From positions 1 through 41,926 of the forward strand of contig NW_021835215.1 of the NCBI RefSeq assembly GCF_006345805.1: DNA of 41,926 nt, given 5' to 3'. The notes under the pieces were generated by a model, which searched no databases, was not told where the DNA came from, and saw only the letters and a list, made by a program, of their open reading frames with translations. The stretch comes from Octopus sinensis (Eukaryota). Made by a program: the position numbers and the translations under genes. Shown piece after piece: positions 22,570 to 35,950 of this stretch; positions within the stretch are counted from its first letter, which is position 1, and each line of letters starts with the position of its first letter.

Positions 22570-24165
22570 GAGAATACCAAGTACCATTGTACTTTGATGG
22601 TCATCTATTTACAATGCTTGAAAGTAATGGAAAACTATATATGTAGAATGCCGTAGCTGCTTTGCAAAGAGTAGTTGATAGCATAATTACTGTTAATCAT
22701 TTAAATGTAACTCTTGTTGACACTACTGAAACTGTTGTACGTGGAGCAAGTATGGAAGAACATAAGCAAAGTTTAGATAGATTTAACAAAGCTATCAAAG
22801 ACTACCAACTAACTTTAAGGTGTGATGAGTGTGAATATAACATGCCAACTATTTACTTTCTAGGGTACATTTCATATGGAACTTTAAAACCATGTACAAA
22901 TGGTTAGAAATACTAAGGAACTATCCTTTGCCTAATAAAGAACGTCATTTGAAAGGTTGATGAGAAAATGTTTATATTATTATTGGTGGATTCCACTTTA
23001 TTGAGATAAAGTAAAGTTTACCAGTTTAGCATTACCTTTTTACAAAATCGCAAAAAAAGTGAATAGTCTCAAATCCTGTGTCCTTAAGACTACACACAGA
23101 ATTAGTTAGGAATATGAAATATTTGTACTTGAAAACAGATACCTCTGGGGATGCCCAATCTGTTATGTTGCTGTAAAAGAAGCATCATATATCTTATTTT
23201 CCACGAACTACACTTGAAATACTTTTGCATGGAATTGGAATTTCTAACAATTACTGAAAGTGACAGAAATTAGAGACATTAGTTAATTGCGTTCTTCAAG
23301 GAATAAAAGTAATTAATTGGTACGCTAACGATCGAGATTGTCTGAATAAACTTCTGGCAACGGAAAATGTCATCCTTTGTTTTTATATATTGTATTATTC
23401 TGCGAAATAAAGAATGTTGCTGATACTTTTTCCAGAATTTGTTTTGCTTCTTAATATTTTTCTTCCCTGTAATTTCTTGAACAACATCGTGAACATAATG
23501 ATAATTCCATCGATTTTATCACTCGGTGAAATTCAAAAGTGTACTTTTCAACATAGATAAAGCAACTAAAGTGTGTGCCTTTTATAGAGAATGTGATTAT
23601 ATTAATCAACGTGTTTTGCCGAACAAAGTTAATACGTAAAACAGTGTATGAAATTTAGGAGGCTAATGGAAGGAGTCGTTTTTGAGTGGCTATTGTCGAT
23701 AATTACTCAAGGTATGTATTTATGTATCTATGTTCAGATATCAATAATGCTACAGTAATTAGATGATCGAATCAATCATTTCTTTTTACTAACAATCCAG
23801 CTGTACACATAGTGACTGAAGATCTTAGATTTTGTCTTTAAAATATAATGTTATTTTTAAAAGAAAACAAAATTGGGAATAAATTGCAAATTCTTCACGA
23901 AAGCGGTCAATCTGAACGATATAATGATACATAGCGTAAAATTTATACAATTACTACTGACTGCACACCAAATGAAGGAGAATTTTCTCAAGAAGTACAA
24001 CAAATGTAGAAATTAATCCTGATCTGATCAGGCCTGGAAATATGCTCATCATTCACAAATAGCTCCTTTGGCTGAAGAATTTCAGTTGCTAAAGGCCAAT
24101 CTATATTATGCAACTTTTAGATTTAATGCAAGACAAAAAGTATATACCATAAAGCGCTCGCACAT
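22570..24165 (+). mobile_element. Ty3/Gypsy LTR retrotransposon pol relic (RT-RNaseH-integrase), no LTR recognised
   Basis: ESNGKLY..NAVAALQRVVDSII...EEHKQSLDRF...TIYFLGY (RT), FVLE.TDTS and VADTFSRI (RNase H), VAIVDNYSRYVF, HSD and GQSERYN (integrase), in RT-RH-INT order. Confidence 0.82.
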
Positions 24166-24388
24166 TGTGGTATCTTGATTTATTTCACCTAAAAATTTTA
24201 AGATAAATTACAAGAAAATAAAATCTGAAGATGAAATTATTTCGTTGCCCCTACTCTTCATAATTCATTTTCGTTTTTTTAAATATTAATGTGAATCCGC
24301 GCAGCTGATAATGTTTTACGTTGCGTATCCATCTCAATGCTCGGATCGCTAAGCTGTAGAGAATATTACAAAATGTGAAATCTTTTGT

Positions 24389-24792
24389 AAGCGTAGGAGT
24401 GGCTGTGTGGTAAGTAGCTTGCTTACAAACCACATGGTTCAGTCCCGCTGCGCGGCACCTTGGGCAAGTGTCTTCTACTATAGCCTCAGGCTGACCAAAG
24501 CCTTGTGAGTAGATTTGGTAGACCGAAACTGAAAGAAGACCGTCGTATATATGTATATATATATATGTGTGTGTGTGTGTTTGTGTGTCTGTGTTTGTCC
24601 CCCAACATCGCTTGACAACCGATGCTGGTGTGTTTATGTCCCCGTAACTTAGCGGTTCGGCAAAAGAGACCGATAGAATAAGTACTAAGCTTACAAAGAA
24701 TAAGTCCTGGGGTCGATTTGATCGACTAAAAGGCGGTGCTCCAGTATGGCCACAGTCAAATGACTGAAACAAGTAAAAGAGAGAAAGAGTAA
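24389..24792 (+). mobile_element. SINE family A, full length
   Basis: End-to-end alignment with the other copies. Confidence 0.93.
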
Positions 24793-26481
24793 GTGTATAT
24801 GTTTATGTTTTAATAATATTATCAGCCACAGTGCACAAGCGCCAGCTGAAAAATTAAATAAAAATCGACAACAGGAATGGCAACAGACTCGAATTACTGA
24901 ATAAGACTTTTCGAAATATTCTTGTCTACACAATTTTGGCCTTTCTGGAATTCTATAACTTAATCACATAGCAATTTTTTTAGAAAAAATTTTTTCATTG
25001 CACAATCAACCACCTTTTATATAGGATCAGACTGAAATTATTATTCATTGCCCTTTACAACAGTCTCTCTATGGAATTCTCATTTCCTTTAAATTATTTA
25101 CATTCACTACATTAAGACAATGATATATAACATCTTCACTCCCTCTACTACCAGCCCTTTACTTTGTCTCGCTACTTGTTCTTCACAATATAATTATACA
25201 AAGTCAACTTTCAATGTTACATTGATGCTACTATAAGTTCTGTTAAAAGCGAAATAAAGTGCACATTTGTAGCATTCTGCTCTGATAGACTCCCAATTAT
25301 ATTATGTATATATGTGTGTGCGTGTGTTTGTGCATGCATGCGTTTTAGGAATGGTGTCGAGAGCGCTGCTGTAACAGGTAAACCAGTACAACCTGTTACA
25401 TGATTGCTGTCACCCTCACCGAGCGAACCGGATAAAGTGGCTGATGGAGTACCGAAAAGGAAAACAAAATGATATTTATCAAAGGGCCAGCGACTTTCCA
25501 ACAATAATTTGGTAGTTTAGAATTACCGGATTGGTCACAGTCATGTCTTATGACCATTATGACCGCTTAACCTCTTTAAATGTCTCGTCAAAGCACGTCT
25601 CTAGCAGATTATTCCAAAATAAAACCAGGGGTAACACCGTTCGTAGCAGTACACAAAGCTCCAATTTTTCTGATATTGCGGCTAGTTTTGTACATATACA
25701 CTATAAGCAAACCATCATCGGTAGTCTAATGAGCCCTGTCTTAGTACTTTGCCATTCCTAGCAAAGATCCAATGGTGATAAAATAATGATAACGAAGAAA
25801 AATGAACAAGTCAAGTTGCTTGACAACACTCCCACATGCTCAAATTGTGATCCAATGAGCAACTCTTTCGCGTCTCACAAGTGACATGAAGATAAGAAGA
25901 AAAATGTCTCTACCGAACTTTTAGACATTTATACACCTAAACCGACGAAATGTATTCGTATGTGATTGTATGTTTGTGTGTGTCCACAGCGAAAATACTT
26001 AGCTTTCATAACCCCGCTTCACTTAGTTGTGACTTCAGCTTCTACCCGCCATGTCAAATAAAGAAGAGTACCTTTATGCGTTCTCTGAATCAACAAAGAA
26101 TATCACTATATATTTTTTCAAACTATCTACTGTCTCAAAAAATTGATATGCTGGATAATGTAGTTCTAGCTACTTTGTGTCTATTGGGATCATATGGTCT
26201 GAAATACCTTTTGCCACAAGCTTGAGGGAACAGGGCTATTCTGATTAATCCTATTACTACTACAGCAAACCACACTTATTAATTATGCTCACTTAGCAAA
26301 TACTTAGCCTCCTCTACGCTCGACCTACAAAAAATTACAACAAAACTTCTCTAAAAAGCATACTATGCTCTCTTCAAAAAAGGTTGATGAAAGAAACCGC
26401 AAGTCGAAGCATCCACAAGTCCAAACCAGCGGACAATGACCATCATGAGGCTGACTTCCTCTCTAACAAATCGTGGATTAA

Positions 26482-26617
26482 CCCTTTGAGCTCGTAACAC
26501 CGGTTTACCGGTGGATGGGTTAGTTTTCTATATACCGTAGCACCGTTCTACCAGTGGAGTGCATCAGGAAGCCAGGTATATGGTCAAATGAAGTTCAGGA
26601 GGTCAGGGCCAGAAGGG
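26482..26617. mobile_element. piggyBac-type non-autonomous element (MITE)
   Basis: TTAA|CCCTT...AAGGG|TTAA (TSDs at 26478-26481 and 26618-26621), with a 23-bp internal direct repeat at 26493 and 26536. Confidence 0.65.
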
Positions 26618-26827
26618 TTAAGGCAAAGTGTTTGTTACTGTTTGCTTCTGAACCGGACATGATACTTGCCATACCTTACCAACTAATCAGTCACTGATTA
26701 CCTTTTTTCATCTTTGCATTTTCTCCATTGTGCCTGCTTCTGTAGATATTTCCCATAGTAATAGGACAAGACACAGACACATACATGCATGCATAAACAC
26801 ACAAACACACACACACGCACACACACA

Positions 26828-27224
26828 TAGGCGCGGGTATGGATGTGTGGTAAGGAGCTTGCTTCCTAACCACATGGTTCCGGATTCAGTCCCACTGCAT
26901 GGCACATTGGGTATCTCCTACTATAGCCACGGGTCGATCAAAGCCTTGTAAGTGGATTTGGTAGATGGAAACTGAAAGAAGCCCATCGTATATATGTCTA
27001 TGTGTGTGTTTTTGTGTCTGTGTTTGTTCCCCCTGCATCGCCGTTTGACAACAGGTGCCGGTGTGTTTAAATCACCGTAACTTAGCAGTTCGGCAAAAGA
27101 CACTGATTGAATAAGTACTAGGCTTTAACAAAATATGTCCTGGGATCGATTTGTTTGACGAAAACCCTTTAAGGTGGTGAGCATGGTCGCAGTAAAATGA
27201 CTGAAACAAGTAAAAGAAAAGAAG
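26828..27224 (+). mobile_element. SINE family A, full length, moderately diverged
   Basis: End-to-end alignment with the other copies. Confidence 0.9.
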
Positions 27225-27639
27225 GATATATGTATGTGCGCACCGCGCACGCGTGTATGTGTGTGCATGTTTACCTGAACAATGCGAATGTTGGAAACTT
27301 TTGAATCAGTTAAGTGAAGCTCATTTGTCCCCCTCATTTGACTACAGCCAGATTCTCAAGCTGGAGATATAGCTGTGAGGTGAAATGCAGTTTGGTGTTT
27401 ATATATTTTGCAAAGATATTAGCGATATATACAAAGAAAACCGCTAAGAACCAATTATTGAAACCAGATCGTGAACTCAGCCAGAGGCAAGCTTAGTTCA
27501 TACTATACAACTCTTGCTATGTACTAAATACTGAAGAAAATAACAAACGAAAACGTGTATATTCTTTTATGAAATTATAATTTTATTCGATACGTAAAAG
27601 AAATCAAAAACCGCTTTCATGTGTCCTTTGCTTTAGTTG

Positions 27640-28290
27640 AATAGTGTCCTTCAATTTATACCACCACGATCAAATGTCCACCGTGGTTATCAAATAAGTA
27701 CTTTGTCTGACAAATGTCTGACCTTGTGTCAAGTGCTCGTAATGTCTATTAAATATCCATCACCGCGGCCAACTGTTTACCGTCAAGCCCAATTCCCACT
27801 TCCTCCGTGAAATGTTTACCATTGCTTTTAAATATCCACCGCATCGGTTAAAAGTCTAACACACTAGTCAAATTTACTCAAAACCCTTGTTTTGATAAAT
27901 TTTATAAACAATAGTAACAGACGACCTAAATTCCTCTATTTCTGTCAAATATCCTATCCATCAAGTATCTTTCATTACACCTGAAAGTCCTCCATTATTG
28001 ACTAGTACCTTCCAACACTAAGGTTTCTGCTCCAGTAATCAAATGTGAAGGATACTTAAATATTAAAGGTTAAAACTTTAATATTTAAATGTCCTTCACT
28101 ATTGTCAAAAGTACACCACCTTCTTAATTTCTGTTATACGTTCATTATTTTTCTGAATACTCTCTACTACTATCAAAAGTACTACACTATCAAATGTAAA
28201 TGTATATTGCCATTGTCAATCAGCTTCCACATGTAAATGACCTCCATCGCTCTCGAATGACATCAACCATTATTTAATGATCTCCAATAC
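27640..28290. repeat. Highly degenerate ~20-22-bp minisatellite
   Basis: Recurrent (G/A)TCAAATGTCCACC-like units: ATCAAATGTCCACC, GACAAATGTCTGACC, ATTAAATATCCATC, TTTAAATATCCACC, GTCAAATATCCTATC, TTTAAATGTCCTTC. Confidence 0.55.
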
Positions 28291-29189
28291 TGGAGCTATG
28301 GCATAGGCACATATGAAATAAGTCCTTTGACTAACATAAAGTATACATACACGTACATTATATCATTCAGAATGCAAATGGAAAACGCACTTGAAATAGT
28401 TACATTTGAACTCTAATCTACAATGCATGATTATATTATAGATATTGATGTATAATGTGTCCGGCCTTCTATTAAATGCTCATATCCACTGTTAAATACC
28501 CATCACTTCCGCCAAATGGACAATTTCATATAAAACCTAACAGTTGCAAACCACGACGTCGATATGGTGCAACAAAGATATTTAGTATCTACATTTTTAA
28601 GTGGGTACAGCTCTAAATAGGGAGAGTACTACTAGGAGGTTTCATAGTTTATATTGTCAATGCCTATCACCAGCATAGTTGCTATATCACTGAACAGTGT
28701 TTCATTAACTTGTAGTTTTGTTTGTTTTATATATATATATATATATATGTGTGTGTATGTGTGTGTGTGTGTGTGTGTGCGTGTAAGTATATATACATAT
28801 ATATGATTTTATACATATTTATTTGAGAGACGAGAACCGTCATTGCCATTGTTCGGGCAAGAAAACTTTAGTGGGGAACCCAATAACTTACAATTCCACA
28901 ATTTCGTACATAAAAAAATTTGGCATATCTTATTTCATACAAAACGTAGAAAGTCAGTTAAAATTATCTCCGTATATGTAAGCCATATGAAACTGACCCG
29001 TTCACTAAAAAGGACAGCTTTTATGCAACATGTTTATATATATATATCTTTATGTATATATATATATGCATATATGTATGTATGTGTGTATATATGCATG
29101 TATATTATATAACAAGTAAAATAGCTAGTTCTAAAATCTCTATAAGAGATGCAAGTAGTAACTCTGCTGAAGTGGCAACAAACATTACT

Positions 29190-29203
29190 TTATATATATA
29201 TAT

Positions 29204-29290
<87 letters not shown>
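29190..29290. repeat. (TA)n microsatellite
   Basis: Directly visible; further TA/TG tracts at 28728-28804 and 29035-29110. Confidence 0.95.
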
Positions 29291-29294
<4 letters not shown>

Positions 29295-31524
29295 CTATCA
29301 CTAAAGTGTTACCTATGCCATTCTGCAAACGCATAGCACGATCCTACCATTACAAGTATAAAGCAGTTTTATATTCTTTGTGTATAAAAATCAGCTTATC
29401 AAAAATGTGTGACTTGGTTTTCATTAACAGCACAAATTATTCACCTCTGACATAAACATATTGCAATATGTTTTTCACTTACCTGACAAAAACATTGATC
29501 ATTTACGAACCTTATGAATAACTGCTTTCGTGACAAGATTATAAAATTGACCATGCTGTTGAGATGTGAGACTGGAACAATTTTTTTGTGTCTAACTTAA
29601 TCGAACGATCGAATTGCTGGTTTCATGTTTTCGCCTTTATCTGGAACGATTCGAAAAGAAAAAAAAAACTAAATAAAAAGTTTGTTTAGAACTATTCTCT
29701 ATATAATGATTACTCCGTTTGACAAATATCTACGAGTTTGTGGAGAAGAGAGCATAATCGATTCTGTTGACTCCTATCATATCTACTCAGCATGGCCTTT
29801 CGATCTGTCTGTAGGATTTAAACTGAGTGCGTAATGAGACGTCACTAAATTTTGCGTAGTATTTTATCTGAAGCTCTTTCATTTTCGCCACTACTCCATA
29901 TCTGGCTTCATTTTAAGGACCTCATTTTAATGGTTTATTACCTAAATTACTAAAACATTTAGCAACCAAATGAGATCAACCACTCAAGTGATAGCAACTG
30001 AGTTAAGATGCAATTGAGGAAGACTGTAGAATATCACATTAAGTGAATATAGCACATCATTTATCATGTTTTCTCACCCAAAGATACATTTACTTTGAGT
30101 GGTATATTGAATTTGAGTAGAAGTCATTTTGTCGTTTTGTTTAGCACGGCTCTCACCACGACTTCCTGCTCTTTTGATGAGTTTCTGTGGCGTTTCTTGA
30201 AAGAACTCGGAGCAAATCCCTGGGATTAAGAACTAAGGTCAACTTCTTCCCTTCTTTCCACTACATATAGGAGTCTCTAGAAAGGGTTATAGGTACAACT
30301 CTCCTTTCTCTGACTGAGCCATGGAAAAGTATCACATAGTCTAATAATTCTTGAAACCTCAATGAGTGCATGCAGATACGTAGTACCTACTCAGTGAGAA
30401 AGAGATTGTACTAATAAATGATGGGTAAAATAAACCCAATAATTAAATATGGGGAAATATACAGAAACATGTGGGTGATTTAAAAGGGTTAAAGAAGGCC
30501 AGAGCGTGTAGAACATGTAAAATAAAGATGCCACAGATGTTAGGTATTTCTATACCTTATAGAATGGAATTGGTACTTACAGCAAACAATGTCAACAAAC
30601 ATTAGTATTTCATCTAATATCCAAGTAACATTTGAGATGTGTTATAGTATATACAGTAAAAAAAAAAACATTTAAAAAGAATCTTCAAAAAATCTGTTCT
30701 GATCGAAGTGTCTTCAATGTTATCGGATTCCCATGAAATATTTGATGCACACACCGGATATTAAACACCAATTAATTTTAAAAAATGAAGTTTAATGTAT
30801 TCACTATACACCACATACCCTTTGTTTAAGAAACATGAACCATTATGTATACACCATCATATACACCAGTTGAAGGTATAGTTGTGTAAATATACATTAT
30901 AAACGTTATCTTATACACTTGTTGAGTGAAAAGAATGAACATTTATCTATATACATTAACCATGCATTATACACGAGTCAGCTGAGTACAAAATGACACT
31001 TTCCATGGGCAACCTTTTGTTGAATGGCAAGTAGAAGTAAAGCACATGCTTCTCGGGCAACCATCCTACAGGTTTATAAATATCTCTGTAGGTGTAACCA
31101 AAATCAGAGTTGTTGGAGATTGAAGACAAATATGGGAAGAAACTATATTTGCACTATATAAATAATACACATCATGTACTTACCATAGGGAAATGCCTTA
31201 TAAAGGCTTATTTCTTCTACAGTGAATATTTGCTGGTTTAGTACCCTTTGCTATATTTGTATTGATTCATACACACGTATATTTCTTAGTCTTTGTATAC
31301 GCGTGAGTTTGTTTACAACTCAGGATTGGTTGAACTTTTGTTGACGTCAAAGATAGAGACACAGTAAAAGACAATTACAAATATATGGTTACATATTTGT
31401 GTGTGTGTGTGTGTGTATTCGTGTGTTTGTGTGATGGAATGAGTGTGAATGTATTTCATGTACAATTTGACACAATAAACACACAAATATATATACATAT
31501 CTACAGAGAAACATGCATACATTA

Positions 31525-32790
31525 CCACAAGGGATACTACCCGCGCAGCTTAATTTTCTTCTTTTTCCTTGCTAAAGCAACATATATACTCATACACTGT
31601 TATTGGGTGCATTCGTATTACATTTGGAAGAAAGCAAAATATTTAAGAAATAATAAATGAATCCCTATTGAAACCTACCGACATATTACAGCTGACTATA
31701 ATTTGTAAAGTGTCTACATATTTCATTGTAGTCAGGAGGGATATTTCATCTTAAGGCTACTCATACATAAAGTTAAGAGGACCAGATTCATTCCATCAGC
31801 TTTGAGCAGTGGATTGTCGTGCGTTAGACAGAGAGGAAAACATATTTCAGACTAAGCGTTTTACAACGAGATGGTCAGTGAAAGGGAACAATGACGGCTG
31901 CTGTTCATTAACAATCAGCTTTAAAACTGAAAATTACATAAATGATGGTTTCAAATTTTGGCACAAGGCCAGCGATTTCGGGGCGGGGGAGATAACTCGA
32001 CCAGATCGACCTCAGTGCTTAACTGATCTTTATTTTATCGACCCCGAGAGTTTGAAAGGCAAAGTCGGCTTCCGCGGAATTTGATCTCAGAACACGAAGA
32101 CGGACGAAATACTGCTAAACAATTTCCCGTCGATTTTCAAATGCATAAAAAATTATTTGCTTTAAAGTAACTGATATCAAGTTCCCAAATACAGAATTTC
32201 AACGAGAGCTCTGCTACAAATCTGATTCATGACTGAAAGTGAGACTTAGCTGCATGATTTTCACATAGAACCTTCAACACAAATGTTCATCAAATTGGGA
32301 AAATAAAAACGAATAAATTTCACTTTTCACATACCTGGAAGGAAAATTCGAGATATGCACATACAGCTGACTGAAGCAAAGAATGATGGGAAAATTGCAG
32401 TGGTAGTTTCCTCTTCGTGAGTTGCTGACATTAATACCGCCTAATCTAAACAGCTTACAGTGCATTTAAAATGTCATTAAAACATCAGAATTGTTGACAC
32501 ACCAAGAACAGCAAAAATGCTAAAGCGGTGGTTATGATAGTTTGGGATGGGTGCACTATACTCAATGAAGTTGCTTTTGAGGTTTTGAATTGCACTTTTT
32601 AAGGATATTAAAAAAGATAAATTCTACTTTTGTCGGGGTAACAATCGTCTTAGCAGGAAGTGGATAGAACTGTGCACACCTGATTTCCCAAAAAGCATTC
32701 TAGAATTAGATTCAAGGATGGTACAAATGCCTGGTTTGTAATGGAGACTATGTTGTGTAGTACCAGCATGTGCAATTTGAATGCCCTATG
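31525..32790 (+). mobile_element. Helitron RepHel relic (Rep-helicase linker plus PIF1-family helicase), interrupted by a SINE
   Basis: SVYIFHCSQEGYFILRLLIHKV/RGPDSFHQL*AVD (~31709-31815), then KNDGKIAVVVSSS*VA, KTAYSAFKMSL, MIVWDGCTILNEVAFEVLNCT and STFVGVTIVLAG (PIF1 motifs, ~32380-32660). Confidence 0.82.
31942..32132 (-). mobile_element. SINE family B, alternative-tail type
   Basis: Body (ATCGACCCCGA...AAAGGCAAAGTCG...CGGAATTTGA.CTCAGAAC...GACGAAATAC) matches family B; the tail reads GCTGGCCTTGTGCCAAAATTTGAAACC on the minus strand. Confidence 0.82.
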
Positions 32791-32844
32791 TCAGCTTACA
32801 AAAAAGTTGTATCCAGCTATGTATTGTTTTCCAGAATAAACTAC

Positions 32845-32848
32845 GTAT

Positions 32849-32890
<42 letters not shown>

Positions 32891-32928
32891 TATACATACA
32901 CACATATATTATACATACACACACATAC

Positions 32929-33025
<97 letters not shown>

Positions 33026-33035
33026 GCGTGTGTGT
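32845..33035. repeat. (TA)n/(CATA)n microsatellite
   Basis: Directly visible. Confidence 0.9.
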
Positions 33036-33039
33036 GCTT

Positions 33040-33255
33040 GTGCCTGTGTCTCTTTTGTCTGTTTTTTTCCCCACCTCCGCTTAAGCAGCTGGTGTTGGTG
33101 TATTAACTTAGCAGTTCTGCAACGTACCGGTTGAATAAGTAAAACACTTTTTAAAAAATAAGTAAAGAGATCGAATGGTTTGACTAAAATTCTTTAAGGC
33201 GCTGCCTAAGCATGATCGTGGCCTATTGACTGAAACAACTAAAAGATAAAAGATA
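33040..33255 (+). mobile_element. SINE family A 3' half, diverged
   Basis: AACTTAGCAGTTCTGCAA...GAATAAGT...TTTAAGGCGCTGCC...TGACTGAAACAACTAAAAGA. Confidence 0.75.
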
Positions 33256-33290
33256 TACACGTATATAATATGAATGTATGTATGTATATA

Positions 33291-33463
33291 TAGGCGCAGG
33301 AGTGGCTGTGTGGTAAATAGCTTGCTAACCAACCACATGGTTCTGGGTTCAGTCCCACTGCGTGGAATCTTGGGCAAGTGTCTTCTGCTATAGCCCCGGG
33401 CCGACCAATGCCTTGTGAGTGGATTTGGTAGACAGAAACTGATAGAAGCCTGTCGTATATATG

Positions 33464-33494
<31 letters not shown>

Positions 33495-33710
33495 TTGTGT
33501 GTCTGTGTTTGTCCCCCTAGCATTGGTTGACAACCGATGCTGGTGTGTTTACGTCCCCGTCACTTAGCGGTTCGGCAAAAGAGACCGATAGAATAAGTAC
33601 CGGGCTTACAAAGAATAAGTCCCGGGGTCGATTTGCTCGACTAAAGGCGGTGCTCCAGCATGGCCGCAGTCAAATGACTGAAACAAGTAAAAGAGTAAAA
33701 AAGAAAGAGT
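33291..33710 (+). mobile_element. SINE family A, full length, young-looking
   Basis: TAGGCGCAGGAGTGGCTGTGTGGTAA...GGTTCAGTCCC...GACTGAAACAAGTAAAAGAGT. Confidence 0.95.
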
Positions 33711-33724
33711 AATATATATATATC

Positions 33725-34075
33725 TTACAACCTGTTGTCTTAAAGGTCATCGCTAGGCATGTAAAACCTTTGCCTACGTCTTGTCTGACTATATAAAACC
33801 TAATGAGTAACAACACCATTTTAGCTGCAGCAAACTGAATGCTGTTAGGTGTTGTCTCATTTACTTTTATGCACATTTTTCTAAGCGCTTTCAGTTTCCA
33901 CTGTATTAGCCAAAATCATTATACCTTCCATATTATTTTTGGCATTCAGTTCACAGTTTTGGATAATTATGTCTGCACCTTCACTTGTATTCATTTCAAA
34001 TCTTTTCACTCATTTTTGGCATGTTGTATCTAGACTCACCCATTGACATACACATTCTTGAATTTTATTCTTTTC
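33725..34075 (-). mobile_element. R4/Dong-like RT thumb relic
   Basis: MSEKI*NEYK*R, ELNAKNNMEGIMILA and RFYIVRQDVGKGFTCLAMTFKTT resemble MKEKIRKEY.RR..ELNAKNK..AIN.LA..RLY..R..GGRGL. Confidence 0.6.
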
Positions 34076-34300
34076 TCTTTTTTATTTGTGAGCATTCTTC
34101 TCATTTCGTTATTTCACTGCACTACTGAGTAGAGCTCTATACGTCTCATATATATATATATATATGTGTGTGTGTGTTGTGTGTGTGTGTGTGTGTGTTG
34201 CGTTTGATGTTAGTTTTTGTATTTCATATGGTATTGAGAGTACGTTAAATAGAATATATACAAACTCTAGTAATCTTTTCTTTATTTTATATTTATATAA

Positions 34301-34467
34301 TAGGCGTAGGAGTGGCTGTGTGGTAAGTAGCTTGCTTACCAACCACATGGTTCCAGGTTCAGTGCCGCTGCGTGACACCTTGGGCAAGTGTCTTCTACTA
34401 TAGCCTAAGGCCGACCAACGCTTTGTGAGTGGATTTGGTAGACAGAAACTGCAAGTAGCCCGTCGTA

Positions 34468-34518
<51 letters not shown>

Positions 34519-34757
34519 TGTGTGTGTGTGTGTGCGTTTGTGTATCTGTGTTTGTCCCTCCCACCAACATCTCTTGACAACCGATTCTGGTGTGTTTACA
34601 TCCCCGTAACTTAGCAATTCGGCAAAAGAGACCGATAGAATAAGTACTAGGCTTATAAAGAATAAGTCCTGGGGTCGATTTGCTCGAATTAAAAGGCGGT
34701 GTCCAGCATGGCCACAGTCAAATGACTGAAACAAGTAAAAGAGTAAAAGAGAGTAAA
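34301..34757 (+). mobile_element. SINE family A, full length
   Basis: End-to-end alignment with the other copies. Confidence 0.93.
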
Positions 34758-34829
34758 GCGTGTACATGAAAGTTATGCGGTTTTGTTATTGTATGTATTT
34801 ATCTGAATTTAAAATTCTTGATGGACCAG

Positions 34830-35950
34830 CAGTTACACAACTGTTTGCTGTTTTCAGTCCCTGTATTCGTGTTACCTTTATTTTCGAATCTACATGTTTG
34901 AATAGTTTCCTTTTTTTTTTTTTGAGATACATTCTCCTCGAGTGATACCCAGTGTGTGTGAATTGGCATATCCTAGATTATGGTCTCCATCATTTTCTGA
35001 GGCCATTTCAGGTGTATTTTTACGCCATAGTTTCCTACTATTCGTTAATGCTGACATAACTACCAGTATATGAAAGTACATGTAATTTCTTGGTTAAGAC
35101 TAAACAGTCAAGAATGATATGGTTAATTGGTTCTTTCTCACCTACATATATTCTCTACATATTCTGCATCGTTGCATGCTTATTATTATTATTACTATTA
35201 TTATTTTTTTCTGGTAGAAAAGCTTTAATGTTGTACCACAACTAACACTATGATATTTAGTTATCCGCCACCCACACAATTGTTCATTTCTTTTTAAGGT
35301 ATGAACCTGGTAGAGCTTTTCTTTCCATCTCTTTCGCATGATATTATGTAGCTCTCTTTTTAGCTTAGTCTTTAAGCCTCATCTTAATCTCTGTTACTGT
35401 TTCTCCCTTTCATGACAACTGTTCATCATTTCAACTTCTGTCTTGGCTTCTAGGGAGACGGCAAATTCGTATTTTCCAGTTATTTACATTAGTATTTCAT
35501 TATTATTTACCAGATATTTTTACAGTCCTACTTCTCTGTATTCGTAGTAAATAAATTTTTATATGACAGATGCTATAGACATTTTCACAATGCAGTCATA
35601 TTTCTCTTTTCTTTTTTTGAATAGACTTGTTAATTAATTTAGCGTCCAGTTGAGATTATTACTAAAACTTATCAATTCAAAGTATTCAAGTTTGTTATAA
35701 CTGTTTTTTTTCTTTTGTATGCCTTTGACTCTATTTTAAGTCTAACAAAAACGCGTCAGTAATATTCTTTCCTAACCTCTCCTTTCATGTGTGTGTTGTA
35801 TTCTGTCTAGTTCATTAATTCCTAAATATTTGTAAGTATGTTTAGTCTAAGTCTCTTATCACTCTTTTAAAAAATTTTTTATATATATATTTTTATCTAA
35901 CATGACATTATTGTGCTTAACTAATTTTCCTGTCTTCAAGGTTGCGCTGA
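34830..35950 (-). mobile_element. R4/Dong-like relic (RT C-terminus, CCHC zinc knuckle, RLE)
   Basis: ATLKTGKLVK, TYKYLGINELDRIQHTHMKGEVRKEYY*R, NLNWTLN, RCRICRE..EPINHIILDCLVLTKK, IYW*LCQH, DMPIHT and IKVTRIQGLKT. Confidence 0.8.

Noticed and set aside
24251-24772. 173-aa ORF and similar ORFs at 33108-33533 and 34109-34767
   Set aside because: Antisense read-through of SINE A copies.
25370-25400. Perfect 10-bp inverted repeat TGTAACAGGT/ACCTGTTACA
   Set aside because: Isolated and short; no TSD or element ends identified.
30483-30492. AAAGGGTTAA, a piggyBac-like right end
   Set aside because: No matching TTAACCCTT left end found nearby.
31178-31255. Minus-strand exon candidate ending at G|GTAAGT
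   Set aside because: The acceptor lacks a polypyrimidine tract and the peptide is unrecognisable.
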